Below, piece after piece: positions 1-8,702 of a stretch of DNA of 64,000 nt; position 1 is the stretch's first letter, and each line of letters opens with the position of its first letter. The notes beneath the pieces were generated by a model. The model saw nothing but the letters and a program-made list of their open reading frames with translations, did not search any database and was not told the DNA's origin. The position numbers were made by a program, and so were the translations under genes. The stretch covers positions 62,001 to 126,000 of IMG/VR virus record IMGVR_UViG_3300034073_003340, one strand, 5' to 3'.

Positions 1-344
1 TTCTTTACACGACCGTCTTCCAGAGGAATGTGCTCATGTGTCATTACTCTCCACACAATACTATCAACTGGAATCGACAGTGGGTCAATTTCTTCAATTT
101 TGATCTGATGATTTTTAAGACCTTTTTCCTTTTGGATTAGCTTTTCAGCCTGCATCATCTTCTTGGCCTTGCTCTCACGAACCGACTGGATGAGCTCTAG
201 ATTGATTTCATCAAGCGATCCTACGATACAGTCATAGGATGAATACTTGGGATCTACAAAATAGGAAAAGGTATTCTTGGACTTGTGAATCTCGCTCAGG
301 AGTTCTTTGTTGGTTAGATAATTGACCTTGGGTGTAATAGCCAT
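1..344 (-). CDS. Partial gene (runs off left edge); probable late-transcription sigma factor (T4 gp55-like)
   Basis: Manual translation from ATG 344 with AAGGAG SD gives MAITPKVNYLTNKELLSEIHKSK.., resembling the N-terminal (H/N)YxxNKE(F/L)L motif of gp55-like proteins; open to the window edge; not in the ORF track. Confidence 0.55.
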   Translation of the reverse strand, partial: MAITPKVNYLTNKELLSEIHKSKNTFSYFVDPKYSSYDCIVGSLDEINLELIQSVRESKAKKMMQAEKLIQKEKGLKNHQIKIEEIDPLSIPVDSIVWRVMTHEHIPLEDGRVK

Positions 345-579
345 ATGTGGCGCCGCTCCTTATGTTTTTATTATTGGCGGTTAATGTAAAAAGCAGTCTC
401 TGGGTCATTGCCAGCGCATCGCTTGTATTCTTTTTATAGACTAATAGACACCAGAAATCTATAAATTATACACTCGCCATACCCTTGACTGATTGAAATA
501 AAAGAATAATGACATCTTATTATGGTGTCTATAGAGAGAAGACAGGTTTATTAAAACTCAGGTTTATAGGTCGGTAAAT

Positions 580-1152
580 ATGAATAGAGGCAGTAACAAA
601 GTGGTCTTTGGAGTTGGGCGTTTGAATCCGCCTACTAGGGGTCATGATGTGATGGTTCAACAGGTCAAGGAAGCTGCTGAGCGTCTTGGAGCCCGAGCAA
701 TGCTCTACATCGTAGATGGAGAGAAATCAGGTCAGGACAAAAGCAAAAATCCTTTAACTGGTGAACAACGTGTTGCGATTGCCCGCAGGCTCTTTCCAGG
801 GGTCACTGTTGATGTCGTTGGATCAGCCTACGAAGCCCTGGAAGTGTTAGACCTACAATACCTTGAACCAAAGGTATGGGTTGCGGGATCTGACCGTGCT
901 GCCAAATACCGCAAGCTTCTTGCTAGTGAACAACTAGATTGTGAAGTGCTTGAGGTGGACCGTAGTGCAGGTGAAGCAGATGGTGTAAGCGCCACTGCCG
1001 CACGCAAAGCAGCCCTTGAGGGTAACATGGAAGAGTTCGCTCACCATATGCCCTCAGACCTTAGCCCACAGGAACTTGCGGAGATAGCAGATATGATTCG
1101 TGAGGTGTCCTTGTGTCAGAACCCAATAAGAGTAATACATCAACTGGGCTAG
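580..1152 (+). CDS. Cytidylyltransferase-like (HIGH-family) nucleotidyltransferase
   Basis: GRLNPPTRGH motif, KNPL, VAGSDR, VSATAAR; typical of phage cytidyltransferase-like proteins. Confidence 0.8.
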   Translation: MNRGSNKVVFGVGRLNPPTRGHDVMVQQVKEAAERLGARAMLYIVDGEKSGQDKSKNPLTGEQRVAIARRLFPGVTVDVVGSAYEALEVLDLQYLEPKVWVAGSDRAAKYRKLLASEQLDCEVLEVDRSAGEADGVSATAARKAALEGNMEEFAHHMPSDLSPQELAEIADMIREVSLCQNPIRVIHQLG

Positions 1153-2249
1153 TATCCAGCGGTAGCGGACAAAGCGTAAACGCTAAGGCTATCAGTGCCG
1201 GTGACTTTGCTTATGGTGCTCTAGGCAATGGTACGGCCGGTGGACTAGGTAACGCTGCTCTATTGAGCACCACTACAATTCTTCCCAACACTCGCAGAAC
1301 CAAGATCAGCAGAACCCAATTGGAAGCGGCGGATAAAGAGTATACCCGCCAGATGAATATCCTCAGCCAGTTTTGGTCCGTAAAGGATACTTCTAGCCCT
1401 GAATACGCGGCCCAAAAACAAAATGCTATGATGGCACAATACCAGTGGGAACTGGCAAGAAACAATCTTGAAGAAGTTGTCTCTTCTGAATTGTCAAGAC
1501 AAGATCAACCAATCGAAGTTCTACCCGGCGACATCGTAACCTCTCCAACCATCATAGGAGATCTTGAAGGTATTGTCCCCCAAGTTGACGCTGCCCCGGT
1601 AGAAGACGAGATTGTAGTTATTGGTCGCCCCAGAGATAGTAGAATTCGAATCTCTCCAAAGGAAGGCCAACGAGAAGAAATCTTTGGTGACGAAGAATCC
1701 ATTCTCTATATGTTGCGAGAAACAGATGGGGTATTTTTCCCCTATACTCCAACGATAGATTTCAGTCACCGCGCTGAATACTCGTCTATGGCTCCTACAC
1801 ATGCGAATACTAGCTATTATACCTATACCCATACCCCAGCAGTGCAGATCACCATACAGGGGCAATTCAGTGCCCAGAACTTGGCCGAAGCCAAATATAC
1901 TCTAGCGGCGATACACTTCTTTAGAACGGTAACTAAGATGCATTTTGGTGCTCAAGAAGCTGAAGAAGGCACAGCCGGTCTTCCCCCACCAGTTTTGAAC
2001 CTAAATGGGTATGGTGAGTATATGTTTGATAATCTATCGGTCATCATTCAGGAATTCAAAATGGATCTGCCAAACAACGTGGACTATATAGAAGTAGAGC
2101 ACGCTGGTGGGATAGCATGGGTTCCGACTCTTACAACTTTTACAATAACTTGCGTAGTACAAAATACTCCCAAGCAGCAACGAGATGAATTCAATTTCAA
2201 AGAATTTGCCAGTGGAGAATTGATGCGTAATGGAAATGGATGGATCTAA
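1113..2249 (+). CDS. Putative baseplate/tail-tube initiator protein
   Basis: FPYTPTI..QITIQGQF..PPPVLNLNGYGEYMF segment like gp48/gp54-type tube initiators; first gene of the baseplate block. Confidence 0.5.
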   Translation: MSEPNKSNTSTGLVSSGSGQSVNAKAISAGDFAYGALGNGTAGGLGNAALLSTTTILPNTRRTKISRTQLEAADKEYTRQMNILSQFWSVKDTSSPEYAAQKQNAMMAQYQWELARNNLEEVVSSELSRQDQPIEVLPGDIVTSPTIIGDLEGIVPQVDAAPVEDEIVVIGRPRDSRIRISPKEGQREEIFGDEESILYMLRETDGVFFPYTPTIDFSHRAEYSSMAPTHANTSYYTYTHTPAVQITIQGQFSAQNLAEAKYTLAAIHFFRTVTKMHFGAQEAEEGTAGLPPPVLNLNGYGEYMFDNLSVIIQEFKMDLPNNVDYIEVEHAGGIAWVPTLTTFTITCVVQNTPKQQRDEFNFKEFASGELMRNGNGWI

Positions 2250-2555
2250 ATGAGCAAAGTTGAATATCAAAGATCAAGCCCATACGCTGATACTCCTCAA
2301 ACAACCTGGTATTTGAGTAACTATGAGCCACGAATCATCAATCGTGATGGAACCGATATACGCAAGATACTAGAAACCAAATATGAAAACAGACCAGATT
2401 TGCTTTCTTACGATCTGTATGGGACTCCAAATCTATGGTGGATATTTATGGTTTTGAATCCTGATTCCATAAAGGATCCCATTTATGACTTCAAAGCAGG
2501 TCTTGTGATCTTTGTTCCAACAGCCACTCGTATCTCAAATACATTGGGAATCTAA
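2250..2555 (+). CDS. Baseplate wedge subunit, gp53/LysM-like
   Basis: RPDLLSYDLYGTPNLWWIFMVLN motif characteristic of T4 gp53-like proteins. Confidence 0.8.
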   Translation: MSKVEYQRSSPYADTPQTTWYLSNYEPRIINRDGTDIRKILETKYENRPDLLSYDLYGTPNLWWIFMVLNPDSIKDPIYDFKAGLVIFVPTATRISNTLGI

Positions 2556-5425
2556 TGACAAGAGCTAGACAACTTTTAAATTCTGAAACCAGAACTAATC
2601 AATCGCAGAATAGCACTGAGGGCCAATCAAGTTCAAATGGTTCTACTCCCCCTAATTCTGGGTTCAATGGTCAGTCTCTAGACAAAGCAGATATTGAAAA
2701 TGGTGGTACACCTGGTGGATTTTTAAAGCACCTGAACTTTGTTCCTGAGCCCAACCCAATGGGGGATTTGTTTCAGCCAACTTATCACTTCTCCTTTTAT
2801 CTTGATACTGATGTAGAAGCAGAGCAGGGAACTGGAAAGGAGTTCGTTATAGCTGAAACTGGCTTGACAGGAATGAATCTACAAAGTGTCGAGATTGATA
2901 GCTTTGTTGGTCCCAACATTAGAACTCGTAATGCTACTGCGACCAGTATCACTATGAAGATCTATGAGCCGTTTGGTGCTCAGTTTCCCGATCTGTTGTT
3001 CAATGCGGCTGTGCGAATGAATATTCGCAATTACCTAAAGGCACCTTGGTTTCTGAGATTAAAGCTTCATGGATACGATGAAAATGGTGTCAAAGTAGAA
3101 GTGGGCAAAGGTTGGAAATGGAAGATGGTTCTAATTGATGTTCAGAGCAACATCAGTGAGAATGGATCTGTTCATACCGTGACCGCAATGCCCATGGCTG
3201 AAGTTGCGCTGAATAATCAATATTGTATGCTTCCTTCACTGGTTAACACTAGCGGAACAACCGTTGGTGAAGTTCTCAAAAACATCATAACCAGTATGAA
3301 CGAGAACGTTAAAACCAAGTATGGTGATACTAATCCACCAGTCTTGGAGTTTGCGATTGAGGACAGGGAATATCCCTACGATACCAAGATAGGAGTGAGT
3401 CGTCCTTTCGATCATAGAATTGTTTCTGACTCTCCACAAGATAGTAACACCAGAACCTCCGAAAACTTTGGTACTCAGGATACTCATTTCAGTCCTGGGA
3501 CTGATATCCCTGCGGTGGTTGATATGTTGATGGCACGAACTGATACCGCGATTCAAGCGGCACGCATCAGCCGTGAAAAACCAAAGGTCGATGGACCCGA
3601 CTTGGAAACTGATGTAAGAGATCCGGCTTCTCTCATGCACCGAATTGATACTAAAGTAGAGTATCTTGCCTATAACGCAATTATTGGTGACTATTGTAAG
3701 AAGATAACCTTTATTGTGAAGCCCTATCAGAGCCTACGCTTGTTGACGTCTATGGGAAGAGCAATGTCTTTTGATAAAGAAAAGGTATTGAACCGACTAA
3801 AGGCCAAGCACGCGGTAGATCAGGTTTTGATGAGAAAGCAGTATGATTACATTTTTACTGGTATGAATACTGAAGTAGAGAAATTTGATATCAACGTGAA
3901 CTTTAGATGGGCTGTCAGCATTCCTGTAATCCAAGGATGGAATACAAATACTGGAACAACTGCTAGGGTTGATATTGCCCAATCAGCACAAGATCATTCG
4001 CTAAAATTGAATGCCAACAGCCAGGAACTGGAAGCTACTCGTCTTGAGATTTTCAATCTTGATAGGGATATTGAGGAAGCAGGTTCATCGGTAAGTCCTG
4101 AACAGACACGTCGCCGCGAGGAATTGGAAGCTAGACGTCGTAGGCTTGATGAAGAGAATCGTCAGTTGAGAACCGTGACGGGCTTTGAAGTCGATGAATT
4201 GAATCGTATTGAAAATGAGAAGTCAGAAAAACGACGCCGCGCCAATCCTATAACTGGAAGAATTATAGATGGCGAGGACGATGTCTATGACAATGCGCAA
4301 AGCGAGGCGGATGGAAGTGCCCGTTCTGGGTTTGGTGGATCTGGATCTGATGATTTAAGTTATCTCCCGATCACTATTGTTCAAGACCCTGATTCACCAA
4401 GTGCTAGTGTATATACGGGAACTTCCACTGATAACAATTCCAACAAAGGAGTTTACGGCGCTCTTTTGAACCAGCTCTATGGAAGCTTTGACGGAAACCT
4501 TCAAAGCTTGGAGTTGGATATCAGGGGTGACCCGTATTGGCTGGGCCCTGGTTCAACTGGTCAGGAATATTCCGATCCGTCAACCGCGGATGTTCCTAAT
4601 TTCAATAACGGCGAGCATATGTTTGTTTTCCGTTTTAAATTACCGCAAGGTTATGATCAGTCTACCGGAACAGTAAGTGTCGCTGCCGATGATAAAAAGG
4701 GAGGCAGCAGTGGTCCAGGTGAGGATCAAAAACCCAAAGGTGGCGGCAATAGTAATATCTTTACTGGCTTCTATGCGGTAACCCAAGTCGTTAATCGCTT
4801 CAATAATGGATATTTTTCTCAAACTTTGAATGCCCAGAGGATTCAAGGTTGGACTTATGAAAATATCATTGAAGGTAGAGAAGTCATCGTAGATGACAAT
4901 ACTAATATTACAGATTCTGATGTTCCTTTGATTTCAAATCCTAGGGCAAATGAATCAACCGCTATTGCGAACGGTGGCCGAGGTTCTGGTTCTAGACTAC
5001 CATCTAGAACTACTCTAAGCGAGCGAGAATTGTTGGCGATTACCTTAGTGGGTGAAGCCGGTGGTGAGGGCGATCAAGGAATGTTGGCGGTTGGAAACGT
5101 AATCGTCAACCGTGCTAGAAAGAACTTTACCGGCAATACGGTCAGTGAGGTTATTATGAGCCCTAAGCAATTCTCCGTATGGAACGGCCAACGACCGGAA
5201 ACCCTCTATAATGCTCGTAAGGACACCGATGTATATCGCCGAGCCGACCGAATTGCTGGTGAACTATTGTCCGGCCGCGCCAGTGACGTGACTGGTGGGG
5301 CTGACCACTACCTCAATGAGGTAACTACTAGACAGGGTCGTTCCGACGGTGGGTTGCCCCCTTGGTACCGCAGAAGCAAAGTTACCAAGAAAATTGGCAA
5401 ACATACTTTCCTGAAAATCTTATAA
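2555..5425 (+). CDS. Baseplate hub protein with C-terminal SleB/Hydrolase_2 cell-wall hydrolase domain
   Basis: LDIRGDPYWL hub motif; C-terminal LAITLVGEAGGE..AVGNVIVNR..QFS..GADHY..IGKHTF. Confidence 0.8.
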   Translation: MTRARQLLNSETRTNQSQNSTEGQSSSNGSTPPNSGFNGQSLDKADIENGGTPGGFLKHLNFVPEPNPMGDLFQPTYHFSFYLDTDVEAEQGTGKEFVIAETGLTGMNLQSVEIDSFVGPNIRTRNATATSITMKIYEPFGAQFPDLLFNAAVRMNIRNYLKAPWFLRLKLHGYDENGVKVEVGKGWKWKMVLIDVQSNISENGSVHTVTAMPMAEVALNNQYCMLPSLVNTSGTTVGEVLKNIITSMNENVKTKYGDTNPPVLEFAIEDREYPYDTKIGVSRPFDHRIVSDSPQDSNTRTSENFGTQDTHFSPGTDIPAVVDMLMARTDTAIQAARISREKPKVDGPDLETDVRDPASLMHRIDTKVEYLAYNAIIGDYCKKITFIVKPYQSLRLLTSMGRAMSFDKEKVLNRLKAKHAVDQVLMRKQYDYIFTGMNTEVEKFDINVNFRWAVSIPVIQGWNTNTGTTARVDIAQSAQDHSLKLNANSQELEATRLEIFNLDRDIEEAGSSVSPEQTRRREELEARRRRLDEENRQLRTVTGFEVDELNRIENEKSEKRRRANPITGRIIDGEDDVYDNAQSEADGSARSGFGGSGSDDLSYLPITIVQDPDSPSASVYTGTSTDNNSNKGVYGALLNQLYGSFDGNLQSLELDIRGDPYWLGPGSTGQEYSDPSTADVPNFNNGEHMFVFRFKLPQGYDQSTGTVSVAADDKKGGSSGPGEDQKPKGGGNSNIFTGFYAVTQVVNRFNNGYFSQTLNAQRIQGWTYENIIEGREVIVDDNTNITDSDVPLISNPRANESTAIANGGRGSGSRLPSRTTLSERELLAITLVGEAGGEGDQGMLAVGNVIVNRARKNFTGNTVSEVIMSPKQFSVWNGQRPETLYNARKDTDVYRRADRIAGELLSGRASDVTGGADHYLNEVTTRQGRSDGGLPPWYRRSKVTKKIGKHTFLKIL

Positions 5426-5435
5426 GGAGTTCAAA

Positions 5436-7307
5436 ATGGCTAACCAAGGATTCCGTAGATCATTTCGAACTCCTCCGGGATATCTGAATCAAGAAGCCAA
5501 TGCTAGAGTTGGGCTGTTCAATCAAGTCTATCTCGGGTTTGTCAAAAACAACGAAGATGCTTTCAAGAACGGACGTCTCCGAGTTTGGATTCCTGAGTTT
5601 TCCACATCACCTGACGATGAAAGCCAGTGGGTGACTGTTCAGTATTGTTCCCCAATGGCAGGTGCTACTCCGGTAAAAGACAACGTCAAGGAAGGTAGAA
5701 CGCTTGCTGATACTCAGCAATCATATGGGTGGTGGTCGGTTCCTCCTGATGTCGATAATGAAGTTATTGTAATGTTCATCAACGGAGACCCCAACCGAGG
5801 CATCTATATTGGTGGGCTCTATCAACCGTTTATGAACCACATGGTTCCTGGTATTCCTAGTGCTACTTCCTATCAAGAGGGTGTTGAGGGACAGGACCCA
5901 CCAGTGGCCGAATACAATCGCTGGGATCCAGGAGTCACTGATTCTGACAATCACACTAGGGCTCGCTTTGAGCCCCTACACGAGGGTCTAAGAAACCAGG
6001 GTCTCTACACCGACCCACAGCGCGGTCCTAGTGATGCCGGAGCTCGTAGGGCTCCTGTGAGCAAAGTATATGGCTTTAAGAGTCCCAAAGGTTCTCAGAT
6101 GGTATTTGATGATGCTGATGAGAATTCTTATATTCGCTTTAGGACGGCTTCAGGCGCTCAGATCCTGATCAATGATACCGCGGGATATGTTTACATTATC
6201 AGCGCAAATGGTAACAGTTGGTTTGAAATCAGCGATGATGGTATTGATGGATATTCGGCCAATTCTATCAGCTTGCGATCACAACAGGATATCAACCTAC
6301 ATGCTGACGGCTCAATCAATCAATACGCCAAACGCACCTGGAATGCGTATGCTGGTGGTGGGGCCACGATGCAGGCTAAGAGTGTTGATATTTTGAGTGC
6401 TTCAACAGCAAATATCAGTGCTAATAGTGATCTAAATCTGTTGAGCAACGCCAATGTCAACACAAGTGCGGGCGGTAATTGGAACGCGAGGGCGGGCGGA
6501 ACCGCTGCTTTGAATTCTGGCGGCGCCATGGGAGTAAGCGCAGGGGGAACTCTGTTTCTCAGAGGCTCTCAGATCCAGCAGAACAGTGGTAGTGGCCCAA
6601 GAGCAGCTTCAGCAAAGGAAGGTTCAGGTCCCAAGCCAGAAGAACTAGAAGACCGTGAACTCAACGTAGAAACCAATTATGAAGAAATTTCTACAAAAAC
6701 AATCGTGAGTAGAATGCCTACACACGAGCCATGGTCTGGTCATCCCAACAGTGGTTCTGGTTCGGTTCGTCGTAGGGTTGATCTCAGCGTGAGTTCTAGA
6801 AACCAAGTAGATGGCAACGGCAATCCAGTGGATAATCCAGACGACATACAGCCAGGTGAAGAGGAAATCATCCCAACAGATAACGCAACCTTTGTAGCAC
6901 CAGCATCTGGACCAATAACATCACTGTTTGGTCCTAGGAACACTGGTATCCGAGGAGCAAGTAGGGTTCACAAGGGTGTTGATCTTGGAATTCCAAGAGG
7001 AACTAGTGTGGTTGCTATGCGTGATGGAACGGTAACAAGGGCTGGACGAGCAGGTGGATATGGTAACCTACTTTGTATCAAACATGACAATGGTTATGAA
7101 ACCCGATATGCTCATTTGACTAGCTTCAATGTTCGAGTAGGAACAAAAGTAAAACAGGGACAGGTTATTGCCAAATCAGGTAACACTGGGGTGGGCTCTG
7201 GACCACATCTTCACTTTGAAATTCGTAAGAATGGGACTGCTATAAATCCAAACACCAAATTACGAAATATTCGTAAAGGTGCTAGATTAACCGCAGGAAG
7301 AAACTAA
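5436..7307 (+). CDS. Baseplate central spike (gp5/VgrG-like) with C-terminal M23 peptidase
   Basis: N-terminal OB-fold (GRLRVWIP..VPPDVDNEVIVMFINGD), beta-helix-like repeats, HKGVD and GPHLHFE M23 motifs. Confidence 0.85.
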   Translation: MANQGFRRSFRTPPGYLNQEANARVGLFNQVYLGFVKNNEDAFKNGRLRVWIPEFSTSPDDESQWVTVQYCSPMAGATPVKDNVKEGRTLADTQQSYGWWSVPPDVDNEVIVMFINGDPNRGIYIGGLYQPFMNHMVPGIPSATSYQEGVEGQDPPVAEYNRWDPGVTDSDNHTRARFEPLHEGLRNQGLYTDPQRGPSDAGARRAPVSKVYGFKSPKGSQMVFDDADENSYIRFRTASGAQILINDTAGYVYIISANGNSWFEISDDGIDGYSANSISLRSQQDINLHADGSINQYAKRTWNAYAGGGATMQAKSVDILSASTANISANSDLNLLSNANVNTSAGGNWNARAGGTAALNSGGAMGVSAGGTLFLRGSQIQQNSGSGPRAASAKEGSGPKPEELEDRELNVETNYEEISTKTIVSRMPTHEPWSGHPNSGSGSVRRRVDLSVSSRNQVDGNGNPVDNPDDIQPGEEEIIPTDNATFVAPASGPITSLFGPRNTGIRGASRVHKGVDLGIPRGTSVVAMRDGTVTRAGRAGGYGNLLCIKHDNGYETRYAHLTSFNVRVGTKVKQGQVIAKSGNTGVGSGPHLHFEIRKNGTAINPNTKLRNIRKGARLTAGRN

Positions 7308-7336
7308 TAAAAATGGGGGCTTCTGCCCCCATTTTT
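7308..7336. terminator. Bidirectional intrinsic terminator
   Basis: AAAAATGGGGGC-TTCT-GCCCCCATTTTT between convergent genes. Confidence 0.85.
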
Positions 7337-7940
7337 ACAACCTGTTTGGAATTCCCTTGATGGGACTTAAACCACGGGTTTCGCGCATCATGTTGATAAA
7401 CATTGCGCCTTGCTCTATGGCATCATCAATTGCCACATGGGTATGTGGCAAATCATCAAACCAATGTTTTGGCATCGTGCGTTTGCTACAGCTTTGGAAA
7501 TGTCTACCCAATACTGCCCATGCGTAACTCTTGACATCAACCGCTCTACTAAAGCTAAATGGGTTATTGCCCAGATATTTTACACAATAGTAGTCAATCC
7601 ACTTGAAATCGTAGACTGCTGGGTAACCTACAAAAATTGGTTGCCCCGGTAGGGTTTTGAGCCAATCAGCATATTCCTTCATAGCAGTTGAAGGATCTTG
7701 TGTATTGACTCTTGTTGCCGCATAGGCTTTTCTATTGGCTTCGCTTTCATTCCAAAAAGCCATGGTATCAGGAGTGGGACTGGCCCCTTCCATAAGTTCT
7801 AAATTGGCTTCAAATGTTCCAACTAGATTCTTTTCTACATCAAACGCCGCAGTAGCAAAACTGAGCATACTGGAGAGGCCTGGACATTTTCCGTCAGCCT
7901 CAATATCGGTCATACAGTAGATTTCTTGTTTACCGCCCAT
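7335..7940 (-). CDS. DEDDh 3'-5' exo(ribo)nuclease
   Basis: DIEADG, YDF, THVAIDDAIEQ motifs; ATG 7940 preferred to the track start 8027. Confidence 0.8.
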   Translation of the reverse strand: MGGKQEIYCMTDIEADGKCPGLSSMLSFATAAFDVEKNLVGTFEANLELMEGASPTPDTMAFWNESEANRKAYAATRVNTQDPSTAMKEYADWLKTLPGQPIFVGYPAVYDFKWIDYYCVKYLGNNPFSFSRAVDVKSYAWAVLGRHFQSCSKRTMPKHWFDDLPHTHVAIDDAIEQGAMFINMMRETRGLSPIKGIPNRL

Positions 7941-7971
7941 TTGCTCGCTTCCTGTTCGCTTTATGCGATTC

Positions 7972-8214
7972 TTAGGCTTGAGGTTTGGGATCGCTTTCGA
8001 CCTTTTTGGCCGCTTTGCGCTCAGCAAAACGGTCTTCAGGAGTAATAACCCAATTGGGGTTCTTCTCCTCTGGGCTTTTGAGTTCAGGAGTGTCTTTTCT
8101 TCCAGCTCTGGGCTTCTTCGTAATCAACGGAGAAACCAAAACCTTTTCAACACTATTGAATTTTTCGCGATCCGCTATTGCTTTAGGATCGCCTGTTTTG
8201 GTAGGCTTTTCCAT
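7972..8214 (-). CDS. Hypothetical small basic protein
   Basis: Lys-rich ORF filling the gap; likely start ATG 8214. Confidence 0.45.
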   Translation of the reverse strand: MEKPTKTGDPKAIADREKFNSVEKVLVSPLITKKPRAGRKDTPELKSPEEKNPNWVITPEDRFAERKAAKKVESDPKPQA

Positions 8215-8289
8215 ATTTCCTACTTTATAGCACCTTTTATCCAATTGTCAAGAATTGGTTTTCCGTAAACTGCGTATTTTATACACCGA

Positions 8290-8295
8290 TAAATA
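8290..8295 (+). promoter_or_regulatory. Putative late promoter TAAATA (also 22265, 22881 on +; 48076, 54154, 63674 on -)
   Basis: TAAATA recurs 21-28 nt upstream of start codons; resembles the T4 late promoter TATAAATA. Confidence 0.6.
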
Positions 8296-8316
8296 TCAAT
8301 ATATTGGAGGGATCGC

Positions 8317-8700
8317 ATGACGCAACGCAGATTGTTTGTTGGCTTTAGTACTCAGGAAATGGAAGGCAAACGTGGTTGGTCCGTAACTGATATTGAACTG
8401 ATCAAACGCGATCTTCTCAACCATTTCTATACTCGCAGGGGCGAAAGGGTAATGCTGCCAACCTATGGCACTATAATCTGGGATTTGCTTTTTGAACCAT
8501 TTACCGACTCCATCAAGGCATCAGTAGAGGCGGATGTCAAAAGAGTGGTTAGAAGTGATCCAAGAGTTGTTTTACAAAACGTCAATGCTTCTACATCTGC
8601 GTATGGTATAACCATAGCCATTGAACTCAAGTATGTTCCCTATGATTCAATTGGAACATTTGCTTTGGAGTTTGATCGTCGCTCCCTTGAGAGGAACTAA
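8317..8700 (+). CDS. Baseplate wedge subunit, gp25-like
   Basis: LLNHFYTRRGERVMLPTYG..LLFEP..DPRV motif of the GPW/gp25 family. Confidence 0.9.
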   Translation: MTQRRLFVGFSTQEMEGKRGWSVTDIELIKRDLLNHFYTRRGERVMLPTYGTIIWDLLFEPFTDSIKASVEADVKRVVRSDPRVVLQNVNASTSAYGITIAIELKYVPYDSIGTFALEFDRRSLERN

Positions 8701-8702
8701 GA

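Noticed and set aside
575-580. TAAATA late promoter for 580..1152
   Set aside because: The motif overlaps the start codon itself, so the spacing is incompatible.
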